A DNA stretch of 64,000 nucleotides, taken from positions 1-64,000 of IMG/VR virus record IMGVR_UViG_3300021387_001438. One strand, given 5' to 3'. This document shows positions 49,735-59,722 of the stretch, in pieces (the stretch's first letter is position 1; the number at the start of each line of letters is the position of its first letter). This DNA comes from a virus. Lineage: Duplodnaviria > Caudoviricetes. Both the position numbers and the translations under genes were made by a program. The notes beneath the pieces are model-generated. The model saw only the letters and a list, made by a program, of their open reading frames with translations. It made no database searches and was not told where the DNA came from.

Positions 49735-50227
49735 CTCTTTTAAGTGCTGTACTTAATGCTGTTTTAATAGTATTGATTGATGCTCTAGTTTGTTTTACCG
49801 ATTTTAAATACATTGCAGCATCTGCCATAGACTTAAATTCTACTTCAGTACATTCTAGTCTATTAATTAATTTAATCTTTTTTCTATGCTTTTCTCTTAA
49901 CTTATCATAAGCTCCTAATTTATTTTGTCGATTTATAAATGATTTCTTTGTTAACCAAATTAAATTATCTGCAGAATTATCTTTTGTATCTAAATTAATA
50001 TGACCAACAATTAGCGGTTCATCAGTATCTGGTTTTTCAAGAAAAGCTTCAGCAACTAATCTTGCAACACTTGCACTAATTACTTTTCCATTATGGAACA
50101 GGGTTACAAAATATTGATTACAATCTTTACGAATAAACTGTGATAATATTTTTTTTGATTTACGACTATATATTATTCCATTATCATATACTTCATAATT
50201 ATCATATACTAATTTAAATCTTGCCAT
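49685..50227 (-). CDS. NUMOD4-HNH-NUMOD1-type homing endonuclease-like protein (possibly degenerate)
   Basis: YEVYDNG, VARLVAEAF, VGHINLDTKDNSADNLIW and EFKSMADAA motifs. Confidence 0.75.
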   Translation of the reverse strand: MARFKLVYDNYEVYDNGIIYSRKSKKILSQFIRKDCNQYFVTLFHNGKVISASVARLVAEAFLEKPDTDEPLIVGHINLDTKDNSADNLIWLTKKSFINRQNKLGAYDKLREKHRKKIKLINRLECTEVEFKSMADAAMYLKSVKQTRASINTIKTALSTALKRGGTVYNWSVVVIEKDK

Positions 50228-50230
50228 AGA

Positions 50231-51778
50231 TTAATCTCCTTTATATTTTGATAAATCCATTTTAAACATTTCATCAGTATACTCAACACCTTGTTCAAGA
50301 GATTCTTTCATTCTTCTCTCAACCCAATTTTCTTGATAAAATACATGATAGAATACAGGTTCTTTTGAACCAATTCGATGAACTCTTTTTAATGACTGTG
50401 CCCAGTTTTTATATACTGGAGTAGAGAAGATTATACAATGATTCCATAACTGATAATTTCCACCAGCTGAGCCACTATCAAAATTCATAAGAATTATATT
50501 CTTTTTATTTGTTAATCTTTCTTCTTTTGTTTGACTTACAAATCTATCATAGAAAAAAGTTGATTTAATCTGACCACACATTATATCTATATTGTATTCT
50601 AATTCTTCACAAAGATTATATAATTCAAATAATTCTGGAGTGTAATTATAAAACAGTACATAATTGTCCTCATTATTTTCTAATAAATTTCTTAATTGAT
50701 TTAATCTATCTTTGTTATACCAAATTGAATCTTCTGCATTTCCTTGAAATCCTATTGAAATTTGTCTTGCTCTTAAATACATTCCAGCAGCAGTTTGACA
50801 TAAATAATTAAAATCAGGATAATCAAGGTTTCTATAAAATGGATTATTTACTTTTGATTTTGTTTTATAAATTGAAATATCTTCTACTTCAATATTTCTT
50901 TTAGCTAAATAGCTTTCTATTATATTTCCTCTTACCTGTTCTGATACTAACATATTAAAATCAATTGTTGCAGGAAGAGTATGATTTATAAAAATTTGTT
51001 CTGGTAGGTCAACAACCTCATCTGATTTTATTGTTAATCCATATTGATGAACTAAATCATAAAATTCATCTTCATTTTTATATCCAACAATTGGTTGTTC
51101 CCAGTCTTTTAAACTTGGAACGTGTCCCATGATACAAAACTTATCTTTAAATTTTGTTTTACTCATTGTACAACCAAGAAGAGATAATTGATTATGCATA
51201 TCAATAAATCCAACTGAAAATGGAGTACCACTTAATAAATATAAATATGATTTCTTAGCATAAATTTTACAATAATCATTTAACATTTTGATACATTTTG
51301 AACGAGCAGAATCCGCATTTTTAATCATATGAGATTCATCAATTATTAATGCAATATTATCTCCTTTAGAATTTTTAATAAAGTCCATAAATGTATCTTT
51401 GATTTTAATAATCTTCTTTGGTTTTGAATGCATGTATTCTTCAGTTCTTGCAGTAAATAATGCTTGATAATTAACCACAATAATCTGACCATTTTCAGTA
51501 TTATAATCTATCTTTTTAACGGTTTTAACATTATATTTATCAAGTGGAATATCATATTCTTTTGACCAATATAGCCACGAACCATTAGTATTTTCTGTTT
51601 CTAATGCTTTATCTTTAAGTGTAACAACAATGATTTTTGTACAATTATTTGCTTCAGCTAATGCAAGAGCTGTAATTGTTTTTCCAAGTCCCATATCTAA
51701 GAATAATCCATATGATTGTTTTGATTTTAAATCATCAACTATTTTCTTTTGAAATGGAAATAACTTGTCATAAATCAT
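50231..51778 (-). CDS. SNF2-family helicase
   Basis: LFPFQ, DMGLGKT, IIDESH, LSGTP, GSAGGNYQ, KRVHRIG. Confidence 0.88.
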   Translation of the reverse strand: MIYDKLFPFQKKIVDDLKSKQSYGLFLDMGLGKTITALALAEANNCTKIIVVTLKDKALETENTNGSWLYWSKEYDIPLDKYNVKTVKKIDYNTENGQIIVVNYQALFTARTEEYMHSKPKKIIKIKDTFMDFIKNSKGDNIALIIDESHMIKNADSARSKCIKMLNDYCKIYAKKSYLYLLSGTPFSVGFIDMHNQLSLLGCTMSKTKFKDKFCIMGHVPSLKDWEQPIVGYKNEDEFYDLVHQYGLTIKSDEVVDLPEQIFINHTLPATIDFNMLVSEQVRGNIIESYLAKRNIEVEDISIYKTKSKVNNPFYRNLDYPDFNYLCQTAAGMYLRARQISIGFQGNAEDSIWYNKDRLNQLRNLLENNEDNYVLFYNYTPELFELYNLCEELEYNIDIMCGQIKSTFFYDRFVSQTKEERLTNKKNIILMNFDSGSAGGNYQLWNHCIIFSTPVYKNWAQSLKRVHRIGSKEPVFYHVFYQENWVERRMKESLEQGVEYTDEMFKMDLSKYKGD

Positions 51779-51802
51779 GCTATCATCACCTCATCTTTCT
51801 AT

Positions 51803-51840
51803 ATTATATCATAAATTTAATGTAATGTAAATATTTACAT
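51803..51840 (-). promoter_or_regulatory. Promoter TTTACA-N17-TATAAT overlapped by a perfect 16-bp palindrome
   Basis: ATTATA 51803-51808, TGTAAA 51826-51831; ATGTAAATATTTACAT 51825-51840. Confidence 0.65.
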
Positions 51841-52035
51841 TTTAGAAATTTTATGTAATTTTTTAAATTGTGATTCTGTTAAAAAGAATATGTCATATGC
51901 ATTATTCATTGATAAGAACTTTTTGTATGATTCATAATCCTTTTCATCGTACTTTAATGCAAATTCAATATCAAATGTTGACATTCTTTTTATTAACTCA
52001 ATCATATTTTCCATATTATTTATCCAACCAATCAT
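51835..52035 (-). CDS. Hypothetical protein
   Basis: 66 aa ORF. Confidence 0.45.
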   Translation of the reverse strand: MIGWINNMENMIELIKRMSTFDIEFALKYDEKDYESYKKFLSMNNAYDIFFLTESQFKKLHKISKM

Positions 52036-52348
52036 ATAAATTTTTGATATTTAATTTTCCATTAACAGAAAAATTGTTATTTGCACAATCTATACAAATT
52101 AACTTATTTCCGTTATTTGAATAACTACTGTCAATAGATACTGCTTTACCACAAATACAACAGTTATATCTATTTTTTAAAGTTTCTTTTTTAAAATATT
52201 TATCAAAGTTATTTTTATTATTGGCATCAATTTCTTTATCATACCATAATTCTACTTTTGATTCTTTTACTGGAGTTTTCTTTGATACACCAGTTATTCT
52301 TTTTCTTGGAGTAAATTTTTCATCACTCATTTTCATTCTCCTCATCAA
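52016..52348 (-). CDS. Hypothetical zinc-finger protein
   Basis: CCICG...LICIDC. Confidence 0.55.
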   Translation of the reverse strand: MMRRMKMSDEKFTPRKRITGVSKKTPVKESKVELWYDKEIDANNKNNFDKYFKKETLKNRYNCCICGKAVSIDSSYSNNGNKLICIDCANNNFSVNGKLNIKNLYDWLDK

Positions 52349-53264
52349 TTTGTTTTAATACTTGTTTAGCAGATTCCTCAATTGATTTAATATCTTCATC
52401 AGAAATTATAACTTCATCATCTACCGGTATAATTAATGGTTTATATAAACCACCTACATATGATGGAAAACTATTTATTTCTTTAACAGCCGTTGGGTCA
52501 CAATATACTTGGGGCAGTGGAGCAGTATTAAATGTTATATTATTTGATAGATTTATATATGGACCTATTGCTGTATTTCCTGCACCATAAGTATTATTAA
52601 GTGTTTGTGTTATATAAGTATGAAATTCATATTTAGTTTCATAGATTGATGTAGTAAAATCAAAATCACTAAACACAATCCAATAAGTAACACATGGACC
52701 ACCTTTATCTATAATACTATTGATTATAAAACAAATATCTGTTGTAAAGTTTTGAGGATTGTATGTTCCAAATGGAGTAAATTTTATATCCTGATAGCTA
52801 ATTCCACTTTCAAACCATTTAGGACATTCTATATCAATGTAATGTATTTCAATTTGATTTTTATTTAGTTTAACATTATTTTTAACTTTCATAACAATGT
52901 ATTCAATTAATTCATTTAAATACATTTTTGAAGCTTTTGCTAAATCATAATTTATAAACGTAGAATCAAAATCTATTAATAATCTTTTTACTTCTTCATC
53001 AGAAGAACTATATATTGGAATAATATCACCATTATCTAATTCTTCATTTAAGTATACTTCAAAGCAGTCAAAGAATTTTTCTTTTGCAGTTACCCAACCA
53101 TTATTTTTTGGTTGAATTGTTATCTCTTTAGCAATTTCTGTTGATACTATACAATATATTTTATATAGCAGTTCATCAATGTCTGGAGCATTATATTCAA
53201 TTTTAAACGGAAAAGAAATTCTATTTGTATCACTATATAAATCTATAGTAAATTTTCTTTTCAT
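52323..53264 (-). CDS. Hypothetical protein
   Basis: 313 aa ORF. Confidence 0.6.
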   Translation of the reverse strand: MKRKFTIDLYSDTNRISFPFKIEYNAPDIDELLYKIYCIVSTEIAKEITIQPKNNGWVTAKEKFFDCFEVYLNEELDNGDIIPIYSSSDEEVKRLLIDFDSTFINYDLAKASKMYLNELIEYIVMKVKNNVKLNKNQIEIHYIDIECPKWFESGISYQDIKFTPFGTYNPQNFTTDICFIINSIIDKGGPCVTYWIVFSDFDFTTSIYETKYEFHTYITQTLNNTYGAGNTAIGPYINLSNNITFNTAPLPQVYCDPTAVKEINSFPSYVGGLYKPLIIPVDDEVIISDEDIKSIEESAKQVLKQIDEENENE

Positions 53265-54010
53265 TTATCATCACCTCCAAGAATACTATTAAGAGTATCA
53301 AATGCAATATCTGTGAAAATCATATCTTGATTATCCTGTTCATCATGCAATCCATATGGATTATCAGTATCAATATAACATGTACTAATAATAAATTTTT
53401 TCCAATTTTTAAGAAATCCTTCCCAATCAATACTTGGAAACATACTGTTTGGAAATATTCCACCTAGTGATTTAAGATTTTTATGAGTTCCTCTAGCAGG
53501 AATAATAGTTACTCCCGTTTTATCTGGTTCATTTGATAAATCTACGGTTTCAACTAAATCACTTCTATTTACTGACCAATCATATTTATATCCATCAAGA
53601 TAAATTCCATCATTATCATCTAGTAAAACAAATATACCAGCAGGTTGATTAAATCTAATACGACCAGACTCTTCAATAATTATTTTATCAATATTAATTG
53701 AAGCAGCTCTAATACTTGTGCCATCTTTTAAAAATATTAAAGTAGTTTTATTTTTGAAATACTGATTTTTATTATCTTTATATTTATTATTTAATTTAAG
53801 AATATCTTTAAAATCATTAAGAGTAATATCAATAGAATAAAGATAATTAATAATATTATTAAATTTTTTTCTATTTGCAATTTCTACCTGTTTTGGATTT
53901 CTTTTAATCCAATTTACAATCCATTCAATTTCTTTTTCTTTCATATTAATCATCTCATTTCTGACATATTGTATAATGTATATAATTAAGAGTCCAAATC
54001 CAACTATCAA
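53261..54010 (-). CDS. Hypothetical protein
   Basis: Long ORF; true start likely near 53952-53940. Confidence 0.55.
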   Translation of the reverse strand: MIVGFGLLIIYIIQYVRNEMINMKEKEIEWIVNWIKRNPKQVEIANRKKFNNIINYLYSIDITLNDFKDILKLNNKYKDNKNQYFKNKTTLIFLKDGTSIRAASINIDKIIIEESGRIRFNQPAGIFVLLDDNDGIYLDGYKYDWSVNRSDLVETVDLSNEPDKTGVTIIPARGTHKNLKSLGGIFPNSMFPSIDWEGFLKNWKKFIISTCYIDTDNPYGLHDEQDNQDMIFTDIAFDTLNSILGGDDK

Positions 54011-54527
54011 AATCTAATAATACTCTAAACTCATTTTTACATTCAATGTTTATATAACTTTTATTTGTTTTAGCATCTATCATAACATCAAATGTTAATG
54101 CTCTTTTAAGTTTTGCAACGCTCCAATAATAAACAACTTTTGGATAATAAACAACTTTTGATTTATTTAATATTCTTTTTGAAAAGATATCAGTTAAAAA
54201 TATTTGTATTCCTTTCGGGTCAAAAAATTTGTGCTCATTTATTTCTGTATCTTTATCTTCATCATATGTAATAACATTACAAATTTCTGTTGAGCTACTG
54301 TTAACTTTGTTACAGTATACATCAAAATAATTAAGGAAATCTGATAAATTACCATGAAAATATTTACGACAAAATTCATAAATAAACATGGAATGAATTA
54401 CTTTTAACCAAAGATTTTTATTAATTATTCCAATTCCAGCATCAAGTTTAAATTCTATTTTACTTGATACTCTATATTTATTAAATAATTCAATTTCATA
54501 GGAGTCTCCTACAAGTCCCATTCCCAT
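53955..54527 (-). CDS. Hypothetical protein
   Basis: 190 aa ORF. Confidence 0.55.
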   Translation of the reverse strand: MGMGLVGDSYEIELFNKYRVSSKIEFKLDAGIGIINKNLWLKVIHSMFIYEFCRKYFHGNLSDFLNYFDVYCNKVNSSSTEICNVITYDEDKDTEINEHKFFDPKGIQIFLTDIFSKRILNKSKVVYYPKVVYYWSVAKLKRALTFDVMIDAKTNKSYINIECKNEFRVLLDFDSWIWTLNYIHYTICQK

Positions 54528-54553
54528 AAATTATCACTTCCTTAATTTATTAT

Positions 54554-55021
54554 TTATTTTCTTTCTTTTCCTTCAGGGTCTAATCTAGTAATTGTAAAAG
54601 CATAATCATTTGAAATCTTATGTAAATATCTTGCATGAGTTCTAGCCGCAGTATCACCAGTATTATACCAAACAAAATATTCATTAGTAGGATAATACTC
54701 ACTATCAAGAATTACTGTTTTTATAATACCAAGTTCAAACTTATCTCCATTTTGATATAAAACTGTTTCACCAACTTTATATTCTGGATATTCAACTTCT
54801 TCTTGTTCATATGAATATGGATTAGCTGATGTATCTTCAGTATTGCGAAGCTCATTTTCAACTTCTTCAACATGTCCTATTGCTTTTGCTAATCCTTTTA
54901 AATAGCCAATATTAACATTATATGTTTCATTATCTGAATCTTTATAAACTCCTCGAAGTTGTTCAATAGAATTTTTAATAGTATCATTTATATATGTTTT
55001 TACTTTTTCTAAATCTGTCAT
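54554..55021 (-). CDS. Hypothetical protein with SH3/KOW-like C-terminus
   Basis: EYKVGETVLYQNGDKFELGIIKTV. Confidence 0.55.
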   Translation of the reverse strand: MTDLEKVKTYINDTIKNSIEQLRGVYKDSDNETYNVNIGYLKGLAKAIGHVEEVENELRNTEDTSANPYSYEQEEVEYPEYKVGETVLYQNGDKFELGIIKTVILDSEYYPTNEYFVWYNTGDTAARTHARYLHKISNDYAFTITRLDPEGKERK

Positions 55022-55024
55022 ATT

Positions 55025-55426
55025 TTATTCCTCCAAAACATTTAAAATATCAATGGCTGCTTTAACCTCACTTAAGATTTCTTCAGTAGTCCACTTCTTA
55101 CCGCCAGTTCGTAAATTAGGTGGAAACATAAAATTAATACCACTAAAGTCATCGATGTGAGCATAATCCCAACCTAGATAAAATCCTTTCTTGGCATTTA
55201 ACTTTGGTGGAAGTGGTCCAGCCCAAGTTAAGCCTCCATTAACAACATCAGATATTTCATCTGGGGCATCAGAACAGTCTACATTATAAAATTTACTAGT
55301 TTCAGGAATTCTGATATATGCACAAGGATGAGTTCCGTAAGATACAACAATATAATCAATTCCATTATAAGTTCCCTTATCAAGACATTCAATTTCTAAT
55401 TTTGGTTTATAAATCATTTCTTTCAT
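55025..55426 (-). CDS. Conserved phage hypothetical protein
   Basis: THPCAYIRIP, VNGGLTW and LGWDYAH motifs of a common phage family. Confidence 0.65.
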   Translation of the reverse strand: MKEMIYKPKLEIECLDKGTYNGIDYIVVSYGTHPCAYIRIPETSKFYNVDCSDAPDEISDVVNGGLTWAGPLPPKLNAKKGFYLGWDYAHIDDFSGINFMFPPNLRTGGKKWTTEEILSEVKAAIDILNVLEE

Positions 55427-55439
55427 TTCTATTTACCTC

Positions 55440-55715
55440 TTATTCAACTTGACTTCCAAAACCTTCATCATAATCTTTTGATATATACAATCTAACAATA
55501 TTATCTTTTTTGTAACAAGATAATTTAGTTTCAATTTCATAAGTGTACTTTTGTAAAACAGGAATAATTTCATTAAAAGAATTAACACTCAAAGAAAAAT
55601 CTATATACCAATCATTTTGCTCATCAATAATTGAATTTTTATTTTTTAAATCATCAACTAAATTTCTCAATACATTATGTTCTTTATAATCATATATTTT
55701 AATTTTAATTATCAT
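55440..55715 (-). CDS. Hypothetical protein
   Basis: 91 aa ORF. Confidence 0.5.
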   Translation of the reverse strand: MIIKIKIYDYKEHNVLRNLVDDLKNKNSIIDEQNDWYIDFSLSVNSFNEIIPVLQKYTYEIETKLSCYKKDNIVRLYISKDYDEGFGSQVE

Positions 55716-55734
55716 AAGTTATTCACTCTTATCC

Positions 55735-55944
55735 TTAAATAATATCGATTCTGTGAACACCATCACCACGAATGATATGATACTTACCATACAACTCTTT
55801 ACAAGATGTGAACACCTCATCATAAATTTCATATAGATTTGATAATTCTAATGTTCCATATTTACCAATATTTTTTGCAATTTCTTTCATGGTCTTATTA
55901 TATAATTTTTCTGTTTCTTTATTTTTAAAAATAAATTTAGTCAT
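55735..55944 (-). CDS. Hypothetical protein
   Basis: 69 aa; RBS AAGGAG. Confidence 0.5.
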   Translation of the reverse strand: MTKFIFKNKETEKLYNKTMKEIAKNIGKYGTLELSNLYEIYDEVFTSCKELYGKYHIIRGDGVHRIDII

Positions 55945-56078
55945 ATATTATTCTAACTCCTTATTCTTTTCTTAATATTTATCTATATCTTTATATTTTA
56001 TACACATATATATTCTTCCACCTATAACAAATAATAACATTAGTAAAAACATACATAACACAATAATATCTCCTATGC

Positions 56079-56696
56079 TCATTCTAACATCTCCTTTAGC
56101 ACTTTATTTCTTACATCAATAGTCTTTTCTCCATTTAAAATTTTGCATAACCATTCAGGATGAATTGAGATTAAAACATTTATATCATTTGGTTCATAAG
56201 CTGCATAATCCCAATGATTAATACTAACTCTCATCATATTTTGAGGTGCATTAATTAATTGTTTAGTAAACAACATTCCACCAACATCTTCGATTTTATA
56301 GACTTCGCTCAATTCCTTTGGCTTATCAAAAATATGCAAGTTCTTAATGTGGATTGCATAACCTTTACTATCCCAAGTAGTTCCGAGATATTCACACATT
56401 TGTTCACAAGTTAAACAACTTTCTTTTGAAATTCTATCTATGTTGTCATTATAGTAATCATCATATACATGCTCAGATAAAGCCATAGTATCTATTTCTT
56501 CAACATCAAAATCACATTCAGCAACGATTTTGCCATTTAAAATTTTAGAGTAACCAAACAATTGGATTTCTTCTTTTAAAGTAGTAATTCCATATTGTTG
56601 ATACCATGTTATTTCTCCATTATCAACATTAACTTCTGAATATTCCATTTTAGCTAAATAAGGCTTTGCCTTTGTACAATATAATAAAAGTTTCAT
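56079..56696 (-). CDS. ASCH/PUA-like domain protein, circularly permuted
   Basis: LYCTK...GKIVAEC...GYAIHIKNLHIFDKPKELSE first; VLISIHPEWLCKILNGEKTIDVR at the C-terminus. Confidence 0.7.
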   Translation of the reverse strand: MKLLLYCTKAKPYLAKMEYSEVNVDNGEITWYQQYGITTLKEEIQLFGYSKILNGKIVAECDFDVEEIDTMALSEHVYDDYYNDNIDRISKESCLTCEQMCEYLGTTWDSKGYAIHIKNLHIFDKPKELSEVYKIEDVGGMLFTKQLINAPQNMMRVSINHWDYAAYEPNDINVLISIHPEWLCKILNGEKTIDVRNKVLKEMLE

Positions 56697-56962
56697 TCTA
56701 GCACCTCTCTTAATAAGTTAAACTCTTCTTCAGTAAGTATTTGATAACTAAACATAATTTCAGAATTATATTCTTCTAAACTACCAACATCCCATAATAG
56801 GTCCACATCCACATACTTTTCTTTTATAATCTCTAAAGCCTTTAGGGATTTTTCAACCTGCTCACATTTATAAGGAAGTAAACCCTCAACTGTAAGTCCC
56901 TGTTCATCTGCAACTTCAAATTCTTTTATATCTTGAAAATGCTCTAGTGGTGTTTTGTTCAT
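56693..56962 (-). CDS. Hypothetical protein
   Basis: 89 aa, 4-nt overlaps with neighbours. Confidence 0.55.
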   Translation of the reverse strand: MNKTPLEHFQDIKEFEVADEQGLTVEGLLPYKCEQVEKSLKALEIIKEKYVDVDLLWDVGSLEEYNSEIMFSYQILTEEEFNLLREVLE

Positions 56963-57216
56963 TCTTCCACCACCTTAATGCTTTGTAAATGAACTACTTT
57001 AAATGCCTTATGTTGCTCAACATACATTACAGCACAAATTTCATTTTTGTATTTTATAAAATCACCATCACTTATAAGATATGGTCCTTTTTCTTCATGC
57101 AAGGTAAATTCATAAGAATAAAAATTCTTTACTTCTCGGAAAACCCCACGCAGTTTTAAAATGCTAAATGTTTCCAAATGAAACCATTCACACGTTTCTA
57201 ACATTTCTTTTTCCAT
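56959..57216 (-). CDS. Hypothetical protein
   Basis: 85 aa ORF. Confidence 0.55.
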   Translation of the reverse strand: MEKEMLETCEWFHLETFSILKLRGVFREVKNFYSYEFTLHEEKGPYLISDGDFIKYKNEICAVMYVEQHKAFKVVHLQSIKVVEE

Positions 57217-57218
57217 AT

Positions 57219-57719
57219 CTATTCCACCACCTCTAAATGTAAGTCATTGAAAATTTGTTTTTCTTTCTCAAATAAATGTAAAATTGGTTTTAAGTTATTA
57301 TCTCTCAATACTACTGATTTAACATCAGAAAAACTTATTCTTAAGCATAAACAATATTGGGTATCACCCATTTTAACTTTGATTGTTGGTGGAAGACTTT
57401 CTGGAACACCGAACTCTAAATCTTCCCATTTTAAGTAGTGCTTTGGTTCTTGTGCCTTTAGTAAGACTTGTTCTATAACATCGCATTGATAGTCAATATT
57501 TTTTTTGTTATGTACATAAAATTTATAATTGTTTTTTATATCTAAAATACATCTCATCGCTTCACTAGGGTTTGCATTGTCGATTGCTTCTAAACGTTCT
57601 AATGCTTCTTTGATTTTATAAAAATTGTAATCAATATTGCCTACATCATATCTATTTAACCAATCATCAAGAAACTTCAACAATAAACTAATATCTAAAA
57701 CTTCTTGTTCTTTACTCAT
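57219..57719 (-). CDS. Hypothetical protein
   Basis: 166 aa ORF. Confidence 0.55.
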   Translation of the reverse strand: MSKEQEVLDISLLLKFLDDWLNRYDVGNIDYNFYKIKEALERLEAIDNANPSEAMRCILDIKNNYKFYVHNKKNIDYQCDVIEQVLLKAQEPKHYLKWEDLEFGVPESLPPTIKVKMGDTQYCLCLRISFSDVKSVVLRDNNLKPILHLFEKEKQIFNDLHLEVVE

Positions 57720-58101
57720 TTTTAAGTTCCTTTCTTGTTAAGGCCCACCAATTTCCATAATCTTTTAAAGGAAAGTCATAATACATTCCTCTACTGCATA
57801 CATATAATCTATTGTTAAAAAACTCATAGTCTAAATCATCAAAGAATTTTTCTTTTATTATTCCATAAGTTTCTTTGATATACACATACTTTTGCTCATT
57901 TGCTTTCTTACATATTTCAATAGTATTGTTGATGGATTCCAATTGTTGGAGTGCTTGTTCAATAATTGATAAATCGTTTAATGATTTTTCAAAATTTATA
58001 TAATCCCTACTATCTTTAGAACCTTGTAAAACAAGCCCACACATTTCATGCTTTATAACAGTTTTTATTTTACTTAATGCTTCTAAATATTCTTTACTCA
58101 T
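57712..58101 (-). CDS. Hypothetical protein
   Basis: 129 aa ORF. Confidence 0.55.
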   Translation of the reverse strand: MSKEYLEALSKIKTVIKHEMCGLVLQGSKDSRDYINFEKSLNDLSIIEQALQQLESINNTIEICKKANEQKYVYIKETYGIIKEKFFDDLDYEFFNNRLYVCSRGMYYDFPLKDYGNWWALTRKELKNE

Positions 58102-58114
58102 TCTAACACCTCGA

Positions 58115-58381
58115 TTACTTCCCTAATTTTTTTATTTTCTTTACTTTTACAAGTCTATATTGATAAGCTTCGTCCTCTTCATTAATTAAGCAATCAGTTC
58201 TTGAATTATAAGATGTATTATTCCAAATACTAGCACAATGATACACAAATCTTTTTAAATTTTCTCCAAAGCAATTTCGTGCTTCTTTTCCATCATCTCT
58301 TGCAATAACTACCCTAGGGTCTTCTTCGCCTTTACTAGCAACAATATAAATTCTTCCGTCTTTATCTTTAAATAGTTTCAT
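58115..58381 (-). CDS. Hypothetical protein
   Basis: 88 aa; RBS AAGGAG. Confidence 0.55.
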   Translation of the reverse strand: MKLFKDKDGRIYIVASKGEEDPRVVIARDDGKEARNCFGENLKRFVYHCASIWNNTSYNSRTDCLINEEDEAYQYRLVKVKKIKKLGK

Positions 58382-58393
58382 TCTTCTTTCTCC

Positions 58394-58636
58394 TTATTTC
58401 AAAAATTCTTTATTACACTTTGGACAATAATCTAAATCAGGTTTTTCAATCAATCTAGGATTATCTTCCACCAATAGCTCATTGCAATATGGACAATGAT
58501 ACTCTGCTCTTAAGGTTGTTCTATTGATAACCAGTTCTAACTTCTTAAGCTCAGGTTGCTTTTCTTTTTTCTTTCCAAATAATCCCATCAAAATCACCTT
58601 CTTAATATCCTTCAAAATAAAGTTCAATTCCTTCAT
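58394..58636 (-). CDS. Small zinc-ribbon protein
   Basis: HCPYCNE...YCPKCNK; true start likely MGLFG. Confidence 0.55.
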   Translation of the reverse strand: MKELNFILKDIKKVILMGLFGKKKEKQPELKKLELVINRTTLRAEYHCPYCNELLVEDNPRLIEKPDLDYCPKCNKEFLK

Positions 58637-59144
58637 TTAATTCAAGGCAAGCTTTACTAAACTTACCTTCATAATGTAGATTTTTAAATCCTATCAAATT
58701 AATTAATCTTACTCCAATAAATAAATATGAGCGAGTATATACATCTATCATACAAGACGTTACTTCATTTATGCTTTTTCCTTGTATATACTGACGTGTG
58801 AAATTTGCAGTAGGAATACATCCTGGATTAACAACTGTTAATAGAGAATCCCATTTACTACAATCATAATCACTATCTTTTGGTTCACGCTTTAAATATT
58901 TTAGAGTAAATTCATTATCTTTTTTAGCCTTTTTTGTAAAGTATTCCTCAGTTTCAATAATATATTTATCTATTGCTTCAAGTATAGGAGCTAATTCCTT
59001 AATTTTAAACTTTTCAAAACAACTCTCTTCATCAACAATACATCCTTGTCTTTTTAATTCTTCTAGAAATTGCTTAGGACACTCATTGTTACCAAATAAT
59101 TGTTCTTTATGTTCTCCACATATTGCATAAATTCTATAACTCAT
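58602..59144 (-). CDS. Hypothetical protein
   Basis: 180 aa ORF. Confidence 0.55.
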   Translation of the reverse strand: MSYRIYAICGEHKEQLFGNNECPKQFLEELKRQGCIVDEESCFEKFKIKELAPILEAIDKYIIETEEYFTKKAKKDNEFTLKYLKREPKDSDYDCSKWDSLLTVVNPGCIPTANFTRQYIQGKSINEVTSCMIDVYTRSYLFIGVRLINLIGFKNLHYEGKFSKACLELNEGIELYFEGY

Positions 59145-59305
59145 ATTTACTTCACCTTCTTTATTCTAGTTTCTTATTGTTAAAATATTCTTCATCAAGT
59201 TCTGTTCTTTTTGATGCTACTAGCATACACCAAATTATTAACAATAAAGTTATTAATATTAAAAATCCTAAAATACATAATGTCCATATAACCCATAGTT
59301 GCATA

Positions 59306-59722
59306 TTATCGCCACTCTCTTATATTAAAATTTTCACCATTATCAAAATCTAATACATGAATTCTTACAGCTTTATTATCATACCTAGAAGTCTTATATG
59401 ATATTTCTCTACAGAAGAATTCTTTAATATACTTATCATAATCTTGACATATAATAAACAGGTTATCAAAATTATTACGATATTCAAATATTAAATCTGT
59501 AAATTCTGGATAATTTATTTTACCCATATGAGGAAAATCATCAACAATTAAATTCTTATAGTAGAATTGTTCACCAGTATATTTTTCTATAAAGTCAAAT
59601 TCAGTAACCTTTGACCAACAATATTTATCTATATTTTCATCATAGATAACATTTTGTGCAAACCAAGTTTTACCACATGGTCCTTTTCCATGAATTATAT
59701 AGATATCTTTCATATCAATCAC
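59306..59722 (-). CDS. Small P-loop NTPase (SF3/Rep-helicase-like fragment)
   Basis: YIIHGKGPCGKTWFA Walker A; LIVDDF Walker B. Confidence 0.6.
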   Translation of the reverse strand: MIDMKDIYIIHGKGPCGKTWFAQNVIYDENIDKYCWSKVTEFDFIEKYTGEQFYYKNLIVDDFPHMGKINYPEFTDLIFEYRNNFDNLFIICQDYDKYIKEFFCREISYKTSRYDNKAVRIHVLDFDNGENFNIREWR

